From assembly GCA_001643675.2 (NCBI GenBank), contig LSRY02000009.1:682001-746000 (forward strand): a stretch of DNA of 64,000 nucleotides. Direction: 5' to 3'. This document shows, one piece after another, positions 1 through 12,273 of the stretch. The notes under the pieces are model-generated. The model ran no database searches. It saw only the letters and a list, made by a program, of their open reading frames with translations, and had not been told where the DNA came from. Source of the DNA: Monocercomonoides exilis PA203 (lineage: Eukaryota; Protista; Preaxostyla). Made by a program: the position numbers and the translations under genes. Position 1 is the stretch's first letter; the number at the start of each line of letters is the position of its first letter.

Positions 1-559
1 AAAGCATATAAATCATATTCAAAAATACAACGCTTTCAACGTGGTAAAATGATCTTTAAGTTGCGAATGATTTCTCTTTATACGTTTTTAAAAAAATGGA
101 AAATCATACATACATATGTTTTTATCTTAATATAAAACGTTCATTCACTTTGTCCAATATCGCAAACTTGTGGTTTTATGTTCCTGTAATGAAGGACTTT
201 GAAATTGAAATTTCATGAAAGATTGTTTCAAATGAACAATGCAAAATGAAAACAAAACAAAAAATATAGATGCACTTTCTCAGCATCATCAATTCTAACC
301 TTTATTATAAAATGAATATTGATTTGTTTGAGTGTTAGCATTTAATCATTTCATTCGATTGATAAAGCTTGTGAAATGAAGATCACTTCACTGGCCTTCA
401 TTCATAAAGTCATTAATTGTTTAAATCTTTCCTTTATTCTTCTCTTCCTCTTCTAAAACCGTTCGATTAACAAATCATTCCTTCTTTAACTATTTCGACA
501 TTAGCAATTCTGCCTGGCCCGTCCAAAAAAACAACACAGCAACGCCATTCTGTGAAGAG

Positions 560-1214
560 AGCTCCACACGATCAAAACATTTTTTGGCCCTTTGAATCTT
601 GCCAAATGCACTTACAGTTTCATGTTTTGGAGTAATCTCAAGAATCCTTCCCTCGACAGCTGTGTGGATAACACAGCTGGATCACTGAAAAGACGATTCT
701 GCAGGAAAAGCTGTCATTTCACTATCTAAACCATATTTATGCCCACGAGCTCACACTATCAGCGGGGATATTCAACCTCCACGACGAAAAACTTATCATA
801 GAGGCTGATATGCGCTTGCTGCAGAATCTGCTGCACCTGCCATTCTATTTGGATGCTGCTCCGCTGGGAAGCAAGACATTTTGGAGATCGTGTGCCAGAC
901 GCTGATTCCAACTGACGCATGTTGTGTTTGAGATCGGGCGAGGCGCAGAGATAACTGCGATGCACTTTCTGGAGCAGATACCAATCTGCGAGGTGAATGC
1001 TCCGATGCAATCGATTGTGTTGCGGAACGAAGGTGGGACGAGCATCGACAACAGACTGGAATTGTCTGATGTGAAGCGGCTGAATGCGTCTGCAACTTAT
1101 TTCCCTCTGTTTGAGTGTTCTATCACGAGAGGGATTGTACCTGCTATGAAAAGTAGGCAATATATTGGTGCTTCCATCCACTGATGTAAATAGGTTATTT
1201 TGTGAGGATTCCAA
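560..1214 (-). pseudogene. Possible highly degraded LTR-retrotransposon pol remnant (RNase H end / integrase start)
   Basis: One minus frame reads HKITYL...PLVIEHSNREK*VADAFSR...MLVPPSFRNTI. This resembles the Ty3/gypsy RNase H C-terminal motif (I.H..G..N.VADALSR) followed by the VP..LR..I start of the integrase zinc-binding region. Stops and frameshifts are present; no RT motif or LTR was seen. Confidence 0.3.
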
Positions 1215-2999
1215 TCAAGCTGGAAAGCAGAAACAGTTCAATGAGTGTGATGAACGAGAATGTTGGAGGAGGATCAGAGGGGAGAGGAAGTGATGGAACT
1301 TAAGGCATCACACGCATAAAAACTGAGCTCCAAGCTCTGCTGGCAGGCGACGGTTTCATCGCAAAGGAAGGTGCAGAGCCTCTTGTGGATGAGAATAAGA
1401 CAACAATTCCAGCTCCTCTTTCTCCGCTGCCTGGCCAGCTGTGCTTGTTGTCACATGAGCGAATTGGCTTTGGGAGTGTGGCGGGTGGGAGCATCGAGCG
1501 GAGGCTGGTGTGTCTGGTGTGTCCGCGTGTGAGGAGACACCGTGCACTGCAGAAGAGGGCGTATAAGAAAAGAAAGAAGAGAGACATCCTGCATGACTGG
1601 AAAGAGATCCATCCGCTGATCAAGTTGCAGGTTTTGACGATTCTGCCGATCAAAGGAAAAATTGCAGATGGATAGAAATGTGTGTGTGATGAACAACTTT
1701 ATGTGATGCATTCTGTTATTTTGGTAAATTCACTTCTGTAACTTTCTCTTTCGATGAATTCGAAGTGGAATTCTTCAATTGAAAATCAGAATACTTCAAC
1801 TTTATTTGCTGTGAATAATGAAGAAGCAAGTTCAAAAGTTATTCAGATCTTTTTGTATCAATGTTTCCCTTCAACATGTCGAACTTCTTTTATAAATGCT
1901 TCTTCTTCATCCTCTTTATCTAATGTTGTTGCTTCCAACATAAACTCAGGCAAAACTTATGATCACTCCGTCATCGCCTCATTCTCCTTCGGCACTTTCA
2001 ACTGGGAAAAATCAAAGGAATTCCTTCTTCTTCTTATTCAATGCCTTCTCAATCTTCCTCTTCCTTCTTTCTGAAAAGTTCCCGCACCAATCAAGCATTT
2101 GCAAGCAGCCACTGAGAGTGTGTGTCATTGAGCGCATAATGAAATCTCCGGGCACTCGAATAACCACAGGATTTTAGTAGATCCGAACTGTTTTGGAAAA
2201 AGAAAGAAACGAAGAGAAGTAGTTTTTGTTAATGCTGGAGAGGCAGCCTGCTAATCCGCTTTCAGCAGCTGATGCTTCAACACTGCAGTTGCGAACATTG
2301 ACCAGTTGCATTCAGCTCAATGAGGTCTCGAAGCAGGAGCTGGAAATAGCAGCACAGGCAAAAGCGAAGCAGAAGATTAGGGTTTTGCAGAAGGAGAAGG
2401 AGAGAAAAGCGTTTGGGATGTACAACCTCACTCCAACTTCGTCCGCCATGAAAGGAACTCCAAGAGAGGACAAAAGGAACTTGGATCCGCTGAGAGAGTC
2501 GCAAAGCAGCAGTGTTGGAGGAAGGAGAATGACTTTTGCAGAAGAAGTGAGCGGAGTGAATGTGTCTCTTCCTCCCTTGTTGAATCCGTCTTCTGGCTCT
2601 TCTTCTGGTTCTTGTTCAGTTTCAGTTCCATTGTCTTCTCAACAGGGAATAGTGCAACTGTGGTTTATGCAATCACAGGAGATTCAGGGAATTCAATGGT
2701 TTATTTCAACTTGAGAAATGAATAAGAAATACTACGTATTTCGTCTGCATCCTTTGGGGATGCAAGAGTCAAATGAAGGGGAAGAGCGCATGAAGGGCGG
2801 ATGCCATCGAAGAAGGAGAAGTTTTGTCTGTTGGATGGGCTGCAGAATTTGGATAGAAACGATTTGGACAGAGGGATGAGGGGAATGCTGGGCGAAGGAG
2901 ACGAAGATTGTGAATGGAACGACGGTTTCAGAGAGCCATATCAGTAGATATTTTTGAGAATGTTGTTCAAAAATAGCTCGACTATCCGATTTTCGGAGC

Positions 3000-4570
3000 T
3001 GTATAAAGCTTCTCTTCTTTAAAAAGTGTTTCTGTTTCAGCCACCGCTCAGTGCAAACAGTAATGGAGCTATTTCTTCTGTTTCTGCTTCATTGTCATCT
3101 TCAGTTATCACTTCTTTATCCTCATCTTGCTCCGCTGTTGCATGCATTTCTGGTTCGTTATTCTCTTCTCGTCCTTCTTTTCTCCTTTTTCACTAAATAT
3201 TTATCATCACAAAAATTTCTTCAATTCTTTTGACCACATTTCCTTTCAAAATATTTTATAAGATCAAGAACTTTGTTTTCTTTCACTTTATTCAACAATC
3301 TTTCTTATTTTTCATTTTCTATTCATCTTTTTCTCATTTTGATTTGTTATGTTTTCCTTCATCAACATATTTCCTTGTTTCCTTTTCATTTCATTCATGA
3401 TCTCTGATTTCAACTCAGAATGTGAAGAAATCCAATCAGATGATGTGTGAGGATAATGAAGAAGAAGTTGTGTGAAATGTTGTTGATGTATTTGAAGAAG
3501 AAGAAGAAGAAGATGATGATGATGAAAGAATCGAATAAGACGATTAATTGTTGAAAATTGAGAAGATGAGTGTCAATGAATATCAACAGCGAAATTCAAT
3601 CGAATTTTCTTCTTCAGGATTTTGTCTTCTTCTGCAGAGGAGAAACATTTGAATCCTTTCACTTTCAGCTCAATCTTTTTCTCTCTTTCCATCTAAAAAA
3701 ATGAAATATTGAGCGATTCCTTTTTCGTTCCATCTCTTCTTCTTTAACTTGCCCCCTTTCACAAGAAATCTTCTTTCCTCAAAAAAAATTCTTCGCCAAT
3801 GCCCAACTCCAGCCATCTTCGATTTATCTTTAATTTCATCAATCTTTATTTCATTTTTCTTCCTTGCTTTTCTTCTTCTTCTTCAAAGCCATCCATTCCT
3901 TCGCTTTTTCAGCATTCTTTAAAAAAAATTATAATAATTACTTCAAATATATAACGACAGCAAACCTTCTAAACATATTTTAAAGTCAATAACTTTATGT
4001 TATCCTATTGGCAACTGTTTCCCTCCAATAAAAATTCATAATTCCTTCTGTTTTCAAGTGTTTCATCATCTGATTCTCCAATCATCCTTTCCATCAGTTG
4101 TTTCTCCATCAGGTGAATCGATTTCTTGCCCTTCTGAAAAATGTGAAAAACTTGCATTCAGCTCAAATTCCATCTTTCTTAGTGAAAAAAAGATTGTTTT
4201 TCGTCAGAAAATTTCATCTCCAATTCCCTTCCAAGTCCCTTCATCCTGAACACTTTCCTTATGAATTCGCTGTCCGATCTTGATAGTCAGACTGAATAAC
4301 AAGAAATAGTGCTTTTATTCATTTTCGATCATTTCTATCTGCTGCTCTGAAATCAATGCAAAAGCTGTCAATAAATAAACATTCATATTTTGTAAAACAA
4401 ATAAATAACAAACCTTCTTCTCTATTTAAAACGAAAAATCCTTTTTCAGCGCCTTATGAGTCCACAAAATTTTTGTTTATCCAAAGGAATACTGCTTGTT
4501 TGAAATGCGTAGCTCTATTTCTTCAATAGATAAAAAATTAGTACAAAAAGAGAAATAGAAATCATTTCAA
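3000..4570 (-). pseudogene. Degraded intron-containing host gene of unknown function
   Basis: Coding-like composition on the minus strand, with GTTTG...AG intron-like segments at about 4413-4365 and 3965-3917 and multiple stops. Confidence 0.4.
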
Positions 4571-4964
4571 ATCTAAAAGTTTCTATCTCAAACTTAAATA
4601 GAAAAATTGCATTTCATGACTATTGAAAATGGTATTATTTCTTTTTCGTAAACAACAAAAATAAAAATTTAAGCAAACATTTCAATATCCATTTCTTTTT
4701 TATATTGAAGTTCAGTATATTCAGAATATATGGGTCAAGCAATTTATCAAAAAATAACAAACAAATCATAAATTTTCCAAACAATTGTAATGTCCAATCG
4801 CTGTTCTTTGATTTTTGAAAATTTTGCAAAAATAATTATGGAACAAAAAAGTTTAAAAATTTGAAAATGCATTAAAAAATGATTAATAATATTTTTGAAT
4901 GAATGTTTTTTTAGAAATTTTTTGCATTGACACCAAAAAACAAACGAATTTGAAATTTTTAAAT

Positions 4965-5029
4965 ACTGACGTGAAAAAACTCCAGTGACGGACGTGAAGG
5001 GAAAATCTTCTTCACGTAACTCAGGTTTA
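4965..5029 (-). mobile_element. Solo hAT-like transposon terminus with ACGTGA subterminal repeats
   Basis: Minus strand begins TAAACCTGAGTTACGTGAAG, similar to TAGCCCTGGGTGACGTGGTG at 56189. Several ACGTGA/TCACGT motifs are clustered here. Confidence 0.45.
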
Positions 5030-5366
5030 GGTTGCATATAAAATTTCTGAAAATAATTTTTTTTTTGTTTTTTTAAATAGCAATGTTAATGTTACTGATG
5101 TTTTTAATAATTTCATTTTTTATTTTTATTTTTTATTGTGATACATATTTTTGAAATTTTGAAGGATTTATCATTTCATAAGAAATTCATAATTCAAATA
5201 AAAAATATTTCGTTCATTATAAATGTTTTCTTGAGAAAACTGTTAAAAAACAAACTGAAAATATCAAGAGAGGGAGTGAGAAAATTGAAAAAAGAAAAAT
5301 TCAAAAATAAAAATCATCAAAAAAAAAAATAGAAAAATTAAAAGCAAAAATAAACAAAGAGCAAAA

Positions 5367-7234
5367 TCATTCAATCATTTGGTTTATTCTATAAAAACAA
5401 ATTGCATCATTCCATCCATCATTTGCCATTACTTTCCAAAATGCTTCATTGAAATGTGAATTAACCTGAGATATAACTCCATCGTTGCACTCCAGCTGAC
5501 TAAGCTCCCCAGTCGATTCATCTCTTCCATCAACAACAACTGCAATTAAATGACCAACAGGCAAAGGTTTCATAGAATTAAAAACATATCCAATGAAATT
5601 GAAATCAATCCTCGGAAAGAAAGAAAACTCATGTTTCAGTTGATTTGTTGCGCATGACGTCACCACCATCGATTTCGGAGTGGATTTACTTCCATGAAAT
5701 GTGATAGTTTTGGGCGGTTGCATAACAGGGAAGTTTTCCTTTGAGCTATGATAAATTGCAAGGATTTTTGGGAACCTGTCAATTTGTGTCCAATACAAAA
5801 ATGAAGTCTTGCACCCACAATAAGCATCTACACAAGGTTCCACAGTTGATAACTGATCGGTTGTAGACAATGACAAATTCAACCCCTTCACAATCGATGG
5901 ATGCATGATGGTGAAATAAAACGAAGGATTTTGGTTATGAACACGAACATGAGAACACTTCACATACAGTTTGAATGAAGATTGCTTCACTGTGAAGTCT
6001 TTCTTGATGTTGCATCCCTCCAAAAATGCATCGTTCAGAATTACTTCATATGCTTTTGTGATCCCTAATGGATCAGATTTGCTCCCACCATGTTTTTGCA
6101 CAAAATTCATAAATGCTGGAGTTCCCCACACTTTGTTTGTCGCAGTTCTCCCTCTGATGGAACTGAAAAGTCTTCGGAAAATATACACTCCTCCACGTCT
6201 TTTTTTGATATCACATTGCACTCCAAACGATGCCAGACATTGACAGATTGAAGCTAAATCACATGATGATCCAAAATTGATAAGTTCCCTTCCACTTTCG
6301 CACAACACCTGTACATATGAACGTGATTCTTTTGGTAAAGGATAAGCTGGAAATAGAAACGAAGGAGGAAATTGAAAAAAGCTACTCATTTGTGGAACTG
6401 TTGAAAGAACAGAATAAGGATTTCCTAATGCTTCCATTGAAGACTGTTGCTTCAAAGCAACAAACAAAAAAATAAACAAATAATTATTGATTTGCCTGTA
6501 AAATAGAATCAGGCAAATAAAAAAAATAAAAAAAAGACCAAACCTCGAGTTCAATTTCCATCTTTCCTCCTTTAATATCATTGCATTTCTTTTCTTTTCT
6601 TTTCAGAAAATCTTCCTCACTCTCTGTCTCTTCCTCATCACTTTCTTCTTTTTCAGTCATTTGATCAGCAGCCTCATCTTCGTCTGAAGAAATGACACTG
6701 CAACATGAAGATGAAGACGGCTTCCGTAATGTTAAATTTGTTGATTTTTCTTTGTCATCCTCCTTCAAATTATCTCCAATGCATTTGATTCTGTAAGAAA
6801 AATCCTGCTCAAGTTCATGTTGGGTAAACCACTCAGTCAGACACAGCAGCATTTTTTCTTGGATATGCGGGTTCGATTCATTGAACGGGAGCTTCAATTT
6901 TTGGACAATCTTATGTAATGGTGCTTTTTAAAAAGCAAAAAATAAAAAAATAAAAACATTATAAATATCAAAATATAAAATTATCAATTACAAAAAATTA
7001 AGAAAATAAAGTAAAAATAAAAAGCAAACATCCATAATTTTTTATCAGATTATTCATTAGCGAGTTTCCGGGGATCGATTTGATAAAAAATACAAAGAAC
7101 ACTTTATTCTCATGATCAATTGACATTTGTCCAAAAAAGTTTGACAGTGACTCAACATCATTCATTATACTGCTTTTCCGCAAGCTTGAATGAATCCGAG
7201 AAGATCCAGAGGAAGACAACTTCTGAGAAGACAT
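5367..7234 (-). CDS. Ubiquitin-specific protease (USP/peptidase C19)-like deubiquitinase, 3 exons: complement(join(5367..6443,6544..6923,7030..7234)), about 553 aa
   Basis: The phases of both GTTTG...AG introns join three ORFs in frame with no stops. Motifs: Cys box variant LINFGSSCDLASICQCL, IDRFPKILAI, His box VGHLIAVV and ECNDG, so Cys/His/Asp are all present. There is an acidic N-terminal linker. Confidence 0.75.
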
Positions 7235-7915
7235 CTAAGGAATCTGTTTTTGGGTTAAATCAGATTTTCACTAAAAATTTCAATTTGAAATATTTAATTC
7301 ACATTTATATTAAAAAAAAATTATAAACTCTCTGGCTTTGGAAAAAAATCCAAAATCCTTTCATTCATCGAGAAAAAAATAAATTCAATTTTTTCTGTTT
7401 GAAAATTAAAAACAATGACGATCACAAAATGACAATATTATCATGTGTCTGATTTATGCCGGAAATGATAAATAACGACATATGTACTTTATTTATTGGA
7501 AAAAAACTGTTTTCTGCTCCTTGCACTTTCCCCCCTTTAGCACTTTTTTTTTTGATCTTTTTGACTCCTTCGAATTTTGAATTATGGATCTGATTCTTTT
7601 TTCATTGAAGAACAATATTATATATATTTTTAAGAACTTTATATATGAGAATGATATTTTTCATAAGACAAGTTCATTTATGTGACGAATTTTTCAATTA
7701 ACCTTCCATTTAAGAATTCTTAAATTTTTCAAATTTTTTTCCGATAAGAAATTTTTAAAAATTTTTTCTTTAATTCAAATCACGTTAAAAAATTTTTTTA
7801 ACAATTTTGGAAATAGTCAAGTAATGAAAAAATAACAATGCATATTTTTTTAAATTAAAAATAAATATTTAAGAATAATTGTGATTAACCATAAGAAAAC
7901 ATTTATTTGAGAAAA

Positions 7916-10900
7916 ATGTCGTTTTCAAAACGCGAATCGACTTTGAATTCTCGATGTAATGTTCTGTGGCAAGAAATAAAACGAATTGGTGGAGATGACG
8001 TTGATTCGTTGCTCATCTATCTCTTTTACAACTATAGACAATCATCTTCAGTTATAAATGATTTACTGAAGTCTTTGAATGGTTTGGTTTTTTATTTTTT
8101 TGTATTGAGTAAAAAATATTATTTTAACTCTCTGTTATTTTTTTTTTCTATATTATTTGTTAATTATTGATTTTTTTTTAAAACAGAATATCATTTAAAG
8201 CTGCTGGAAGACCTGTCTGTGGTGTACAACAATGCTCCGTTGCACACCCATACAACAATGCTGCAAGCGCTGTCTCGAAACACATCATTATCCGATTTAC
8301 TGGAATATGGATATGATGTGACAGAAGGCAAATTTATTTACGCGAAGCAAACGCTGAAGAAGAATCAAGGTTTTATCATTACTCCACAAAAACCTCATCT
8401 TCCGTCATGCAAAAGTGGTTTGTAATAATCTAAATTTTTTTGAATAATTTTCTCTGTTTATTTAGGCTTAAATGAACAAGATTGGGAAAAGGGCAACAAC
8501 TGGATGTTAGCCCATTCCACTGAAGCCTCGACATCGCTTCAGTCAGCAAAGAAAAAGCAGCGAGCTGAGCCAGATTACACAAGATTTATTGACGAGGAGG
8601 CTTGGGAAGATGAAATTGTCACAGAAAATTATTCTTCTAAGAAAGAACAATCATCTTCATCTTCAACATCATCTCAACGAAACAAAAAATCTCATTCTGT
8701 TTCAGATAATAATTTTTCTTCAACAAATTCTTCTCCATCTCAAGCCGTTGATGCTCCAATCAGCACTCCAATAAGGAGAGAAAGGAGGTCAACAAAAAAC
8801 CAAAATAAAAATTCATATCACAAGCGTCATTCTTTTCCATCTCCAATACCAATTCACAAAATAATTAAATCGAAAACTTTTTCTTCACAAATTTCAATTA
8901 CAAAAAAATTGAAAGAAAAAATAAATTCTTCATAATTTCAAAATGATAATGTGTTTGTGAGCGACCAATTAGTAGATTATGCCACTTCACCCACATTAAT
9001 TCCACCTCAAGCATTTCAAACTCTCTTTTCTTCATTTTCTAAAGAGAATGACACTTCAACAGTTCAACAACAAAGCATTCAATCTTCAAATAATGAAATA
9101 TCTATTCAAAACAATTCTTCAAAAAATATTTCAAAAAAGAATGCTAAAGAAAATTTAATAAAAAATCATTCTCATTCACAATCTTCTTCAAATTCATCAA
9201 ATTCTACAAAAACATCATCACAATTAGCAAAAGGATTGCCAGACTTAGGCAACACATGCTATTTAGCTTCTCTTCTTCAACGCTTCTTTTCTATCATCAC
9301 AAAAAAACCTTCTTTCATATCAAAGCAAACAACAGAAAAGAATACATCTTCGAGTGTTGTTAGTGTTTGTCAACAATTGACAAAAGATGGAATGGCAGTG
9401 CGTTCGTGGGTCCCATCACTGATTAACAAATGGGAAAACTTTTGTGGATATGGCAGCAGACAGCAGAAAAACGTGGCTGAGTCATTTGACAATCTTCACC
9501 AACTTCTTCAAAAAGATGAGTTGATAAAAAAGGACATCTTCAATCCTGTTCTTATCACTTTTTTTATTTATCAAAAATGCCAAGAAAATTCATCACATTT
9601 TAACAAAGCTTGTAACAATATTATCATCAATACATCATCACCTCACAAAGTTTTATCTTCACTTTTTGCAACTGAAGTTTTAAATGGAAAGAATCGTGTT
9701 TATTGCGATGAATGCAAGGAAAAATGCTGTTCTGCGAGATGGGAGGAAATGGCTGCATTTCCAGAGGTGCTAGCCCTCTGTCATGAATGCACTGATGCTG
9801 CTAGTTCTGCACCTTCGAGAACATTTCTAATGGAAACAGACAGAGTCAATCAACGCACGTTTTGTAAAGGGTTTTCATCTAAAGATATTCAACATCTTCA
9901 AAAAGATAATCAAGAAACCATCATATATCATCTTTCAGGACAAATACTATTTAAACGTCTGGATCAAAGAAATGGCCATTATATCGCTGTCATCAAAAGA
10001 AATAGAGGAAACGATGTCTCATGGAATATTTGCAACGATGCTTATGTGACAGAACTGAACATCGAAAATTGGACAAAGGCATGGAAGGATCTTTACTCAC
10101 AAGGTTTCACTCCTTCACTTTCATTCTACATAAAAGAAAAAACAAAACCTACATATTCCACAACTCAATTTGGTGGTTTATCTTCTTCTTTAAATACATC
10201 AAATTTGTACACTTCAAATGACATATCATCATCATCATCATCATTTATCACACCACCTCATCGTTCAACTTCCATTCCTCCACTGTCTTCGTCTATTTCA
10301 ACAAGTTATGCATTGGAAGCACTGAAAGAAAAACGAAAGAAAACGGGCATCTTTTCTCCGAATGAAAAGAGATTAATCTTCAAGCCCAAGACGAAATTAT
10401 GGAAAGAACTTTCAGAAGAAACAAACATCAAAGTTTCTCTGTCACATTTCTACAAACTCACTTCCAACTTCTCGAAAGCGAAAAGACGAACTGATCTTTG
10501 TGGCATGTGCGAGAAACTCAACTATCTGGAAAACAAACTCAAATCTTCTCAAAACAAAAATGGACTGTCTGAAGCAGAGTTTCACACACTAAAATTACTT
10601 CGACAACATCGTCTTGTTGCAGAAATGCAACGTAAACATTATCAATCAACAGTCGACAAACGAAAAGAAAGAGAAGAAGTCTTCGTCTTCGACTTTAAAG
10701 AAAAATGGAAACTCCCGATCAGAAAGAACCAACTTCAACAAGAATTCTTCAATTATCAACAGGTTTCTCAATTCACAATCATCTCTCTTCAAAAAATTAA
10801 TAATCAACAAATAAAACGAACATTCAACTTCTTCTCCAACTGCCTCTCAAATGATCACAGATTTGTAATTGAGTGTCTGGAATCTGTGATCAAAAGACAC

Positions 10901-11608
10901 TTCTTCACAGACACTCACACTTTTAAGTTCTTCTGCGATTCTGGTCCACATAACAGAAATCGCTTCCTTCTTCACTTCATCCTTTCAAAACAATCAAAAC
11001 TTTTTAAAAAGAAAAATACTCAACTCAACTTCTTCGCTAAGCACCACGGAAAGAATATTTGTGATAGTGAATTTGGTGCATTAGTGAATTCAATCGACAA
11101 CAATCTATCTACTGAACACATCACTACACTTCATGACTTAATCAACTTCTTCGAAAACAATATGAATGTGTTAACATCTGTTTCATCATCTTCGCAATTG
11201 AATATTTTTGAATCATCCTCATCAAACAACTCCCCATCATCAACAACTATCAAGGAGTGTGTGCATGAGAGGTACTTTGAAGAGTATGTACCATCTCAGC
11301 AAATTTCATGGCCTTCATTGTCAGTCCCTCACATGAAGGACTACTTGTATTTTGAGCGCAAGGACTCATTTGTCTGCGCATCTGCTGTTGGATATCTTCC
11401 TCAATGCTCTCTGGTTGCCCTCGAATCTTCAACAATGAAAGAAAAAGTTCAACGAACAAGGAAGTCATTTCACTCTGATATCACATCATCTAACTCTTCT
11501 CTTCTTTCTCAATCTTCTCAAGATCTTCTTTCAAGGAGATTTGAGCTTCTTCTTGACTCTTCTTCTTTTAATGAATCTCAAAATTGTTCTTTTGATGTCC
11601 CTAATTAA
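7916..11608 (+). CDS. Sola-type DDD transposase with an inserted USP (C19) deubiquitinase domain; join(7916..8081,8187..8417,8466..11608); one in-frame TAA at 8933-8935
   Basis: Two phase-1 GTTTG...AG introns join the ORFs in frame. USP motifs: GLPDLGNTCYLASLLQ (Cys 9257), QQKNVAESF, GKNRVYCDEC, FPEVLAL, NGHYIAV (His 9977), WNICND (Asp 10037). Transposase motifs: RRTDLCGMC, H..VA..QR..Y, FDFKE (D 10691), FCDSGPHNRN (D 10937), NFFAKHHGKNICD (D 11063). Confidence 0.8.
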
Positions 11609-11610
11609 GA

Positions 11611-11748
11611 AACTAGTTGTTGTGTATGCTTAGCTAGCGCTCTATCGGAAGGGTGCTGGACATGACTGTTCGTATTAGATATTGCAGCCCGAAGGCTGCA
11701 ATATCCGGACCTGGATACGACGAACAGCCTCCCAGGTACACAATAGTT
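11611..11748. ncRNA. Candidate structured RNA or DNA element directly 3' of the transposase stop codon
   Basis: Nested stems: AACTA..TTGTGTA/TACACAA-TAGTT; AGCGCTCT/AGGGTGCT; CTGTTCGT/ACGAACAG; a perfect 12-bp hairpin GATATTGCAGCC-CGAA-GGCTGCAATATC; and a possible ACCTGG/CCAGGT pseudoknot. Confidence 0.45.
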
Positions 11749-12273
11749 AGAATCCGATTGTTTTCTTACTGTTTCTGTCCCTATAATGTCCCTATAATTA
11801 AATTGGTTTTTGTCCCGCTTATATTTGTATTTATCGAGATTCATTAAAAGAGAGAGTAATGAGGGAATTCAAAGATCTTTGAGTGAGGTTTTTGGAAGAG
11901 AGAGTAGTTTAGAGTGTGAAGTGATGTTTTGTTACCGTGTCTGTCTTTTTTCTTTGTTGGATTTAATCTTTTTGAGTCAAAGTGAGAGAAATATCAGAAA
12001 GGGGAGAGTGGATGGAAAATAGAGGGAAAATAGACAAGTTAGCTTTTGAACTTTTTATACAAGTATTCTTTTTTGTTTGGAATTGTCTTTGATACCATGA
12101 ATTTGTTGAAATAGTACTGTTTTTTCTTATATCTTTTTTTGTTCAAAATTGTTTTCATTTAGTTAATATTTGGTGAATATTATATGATTATGTGATAGAA
12201 TAATGTTTTATTGAAAGTTGATGAATCTGATTAGAAATATTCTGATTGTTTTCTATTTTTTAATGATTAACAT

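Noticed and set aside
11660-11740. HDV-like or hammerhead ribozyme, or SRP helix 8 (CAGGTCCGGA...GCAGCC on the minus strand)
   Set aside because: There is no P3/L3 between the would-be P2 and P1 strands, no CUGANGA/GAAA core, and the SRP GNRA stem cannot close. Kept only as an unclassified structure.
10400-11748. Fanzor/TnpB with an omega RNA
   Set aside because: No RuvC I/II/III motifs or C-terminal zinc finger; the motifs fit a Sola-type DDD core.
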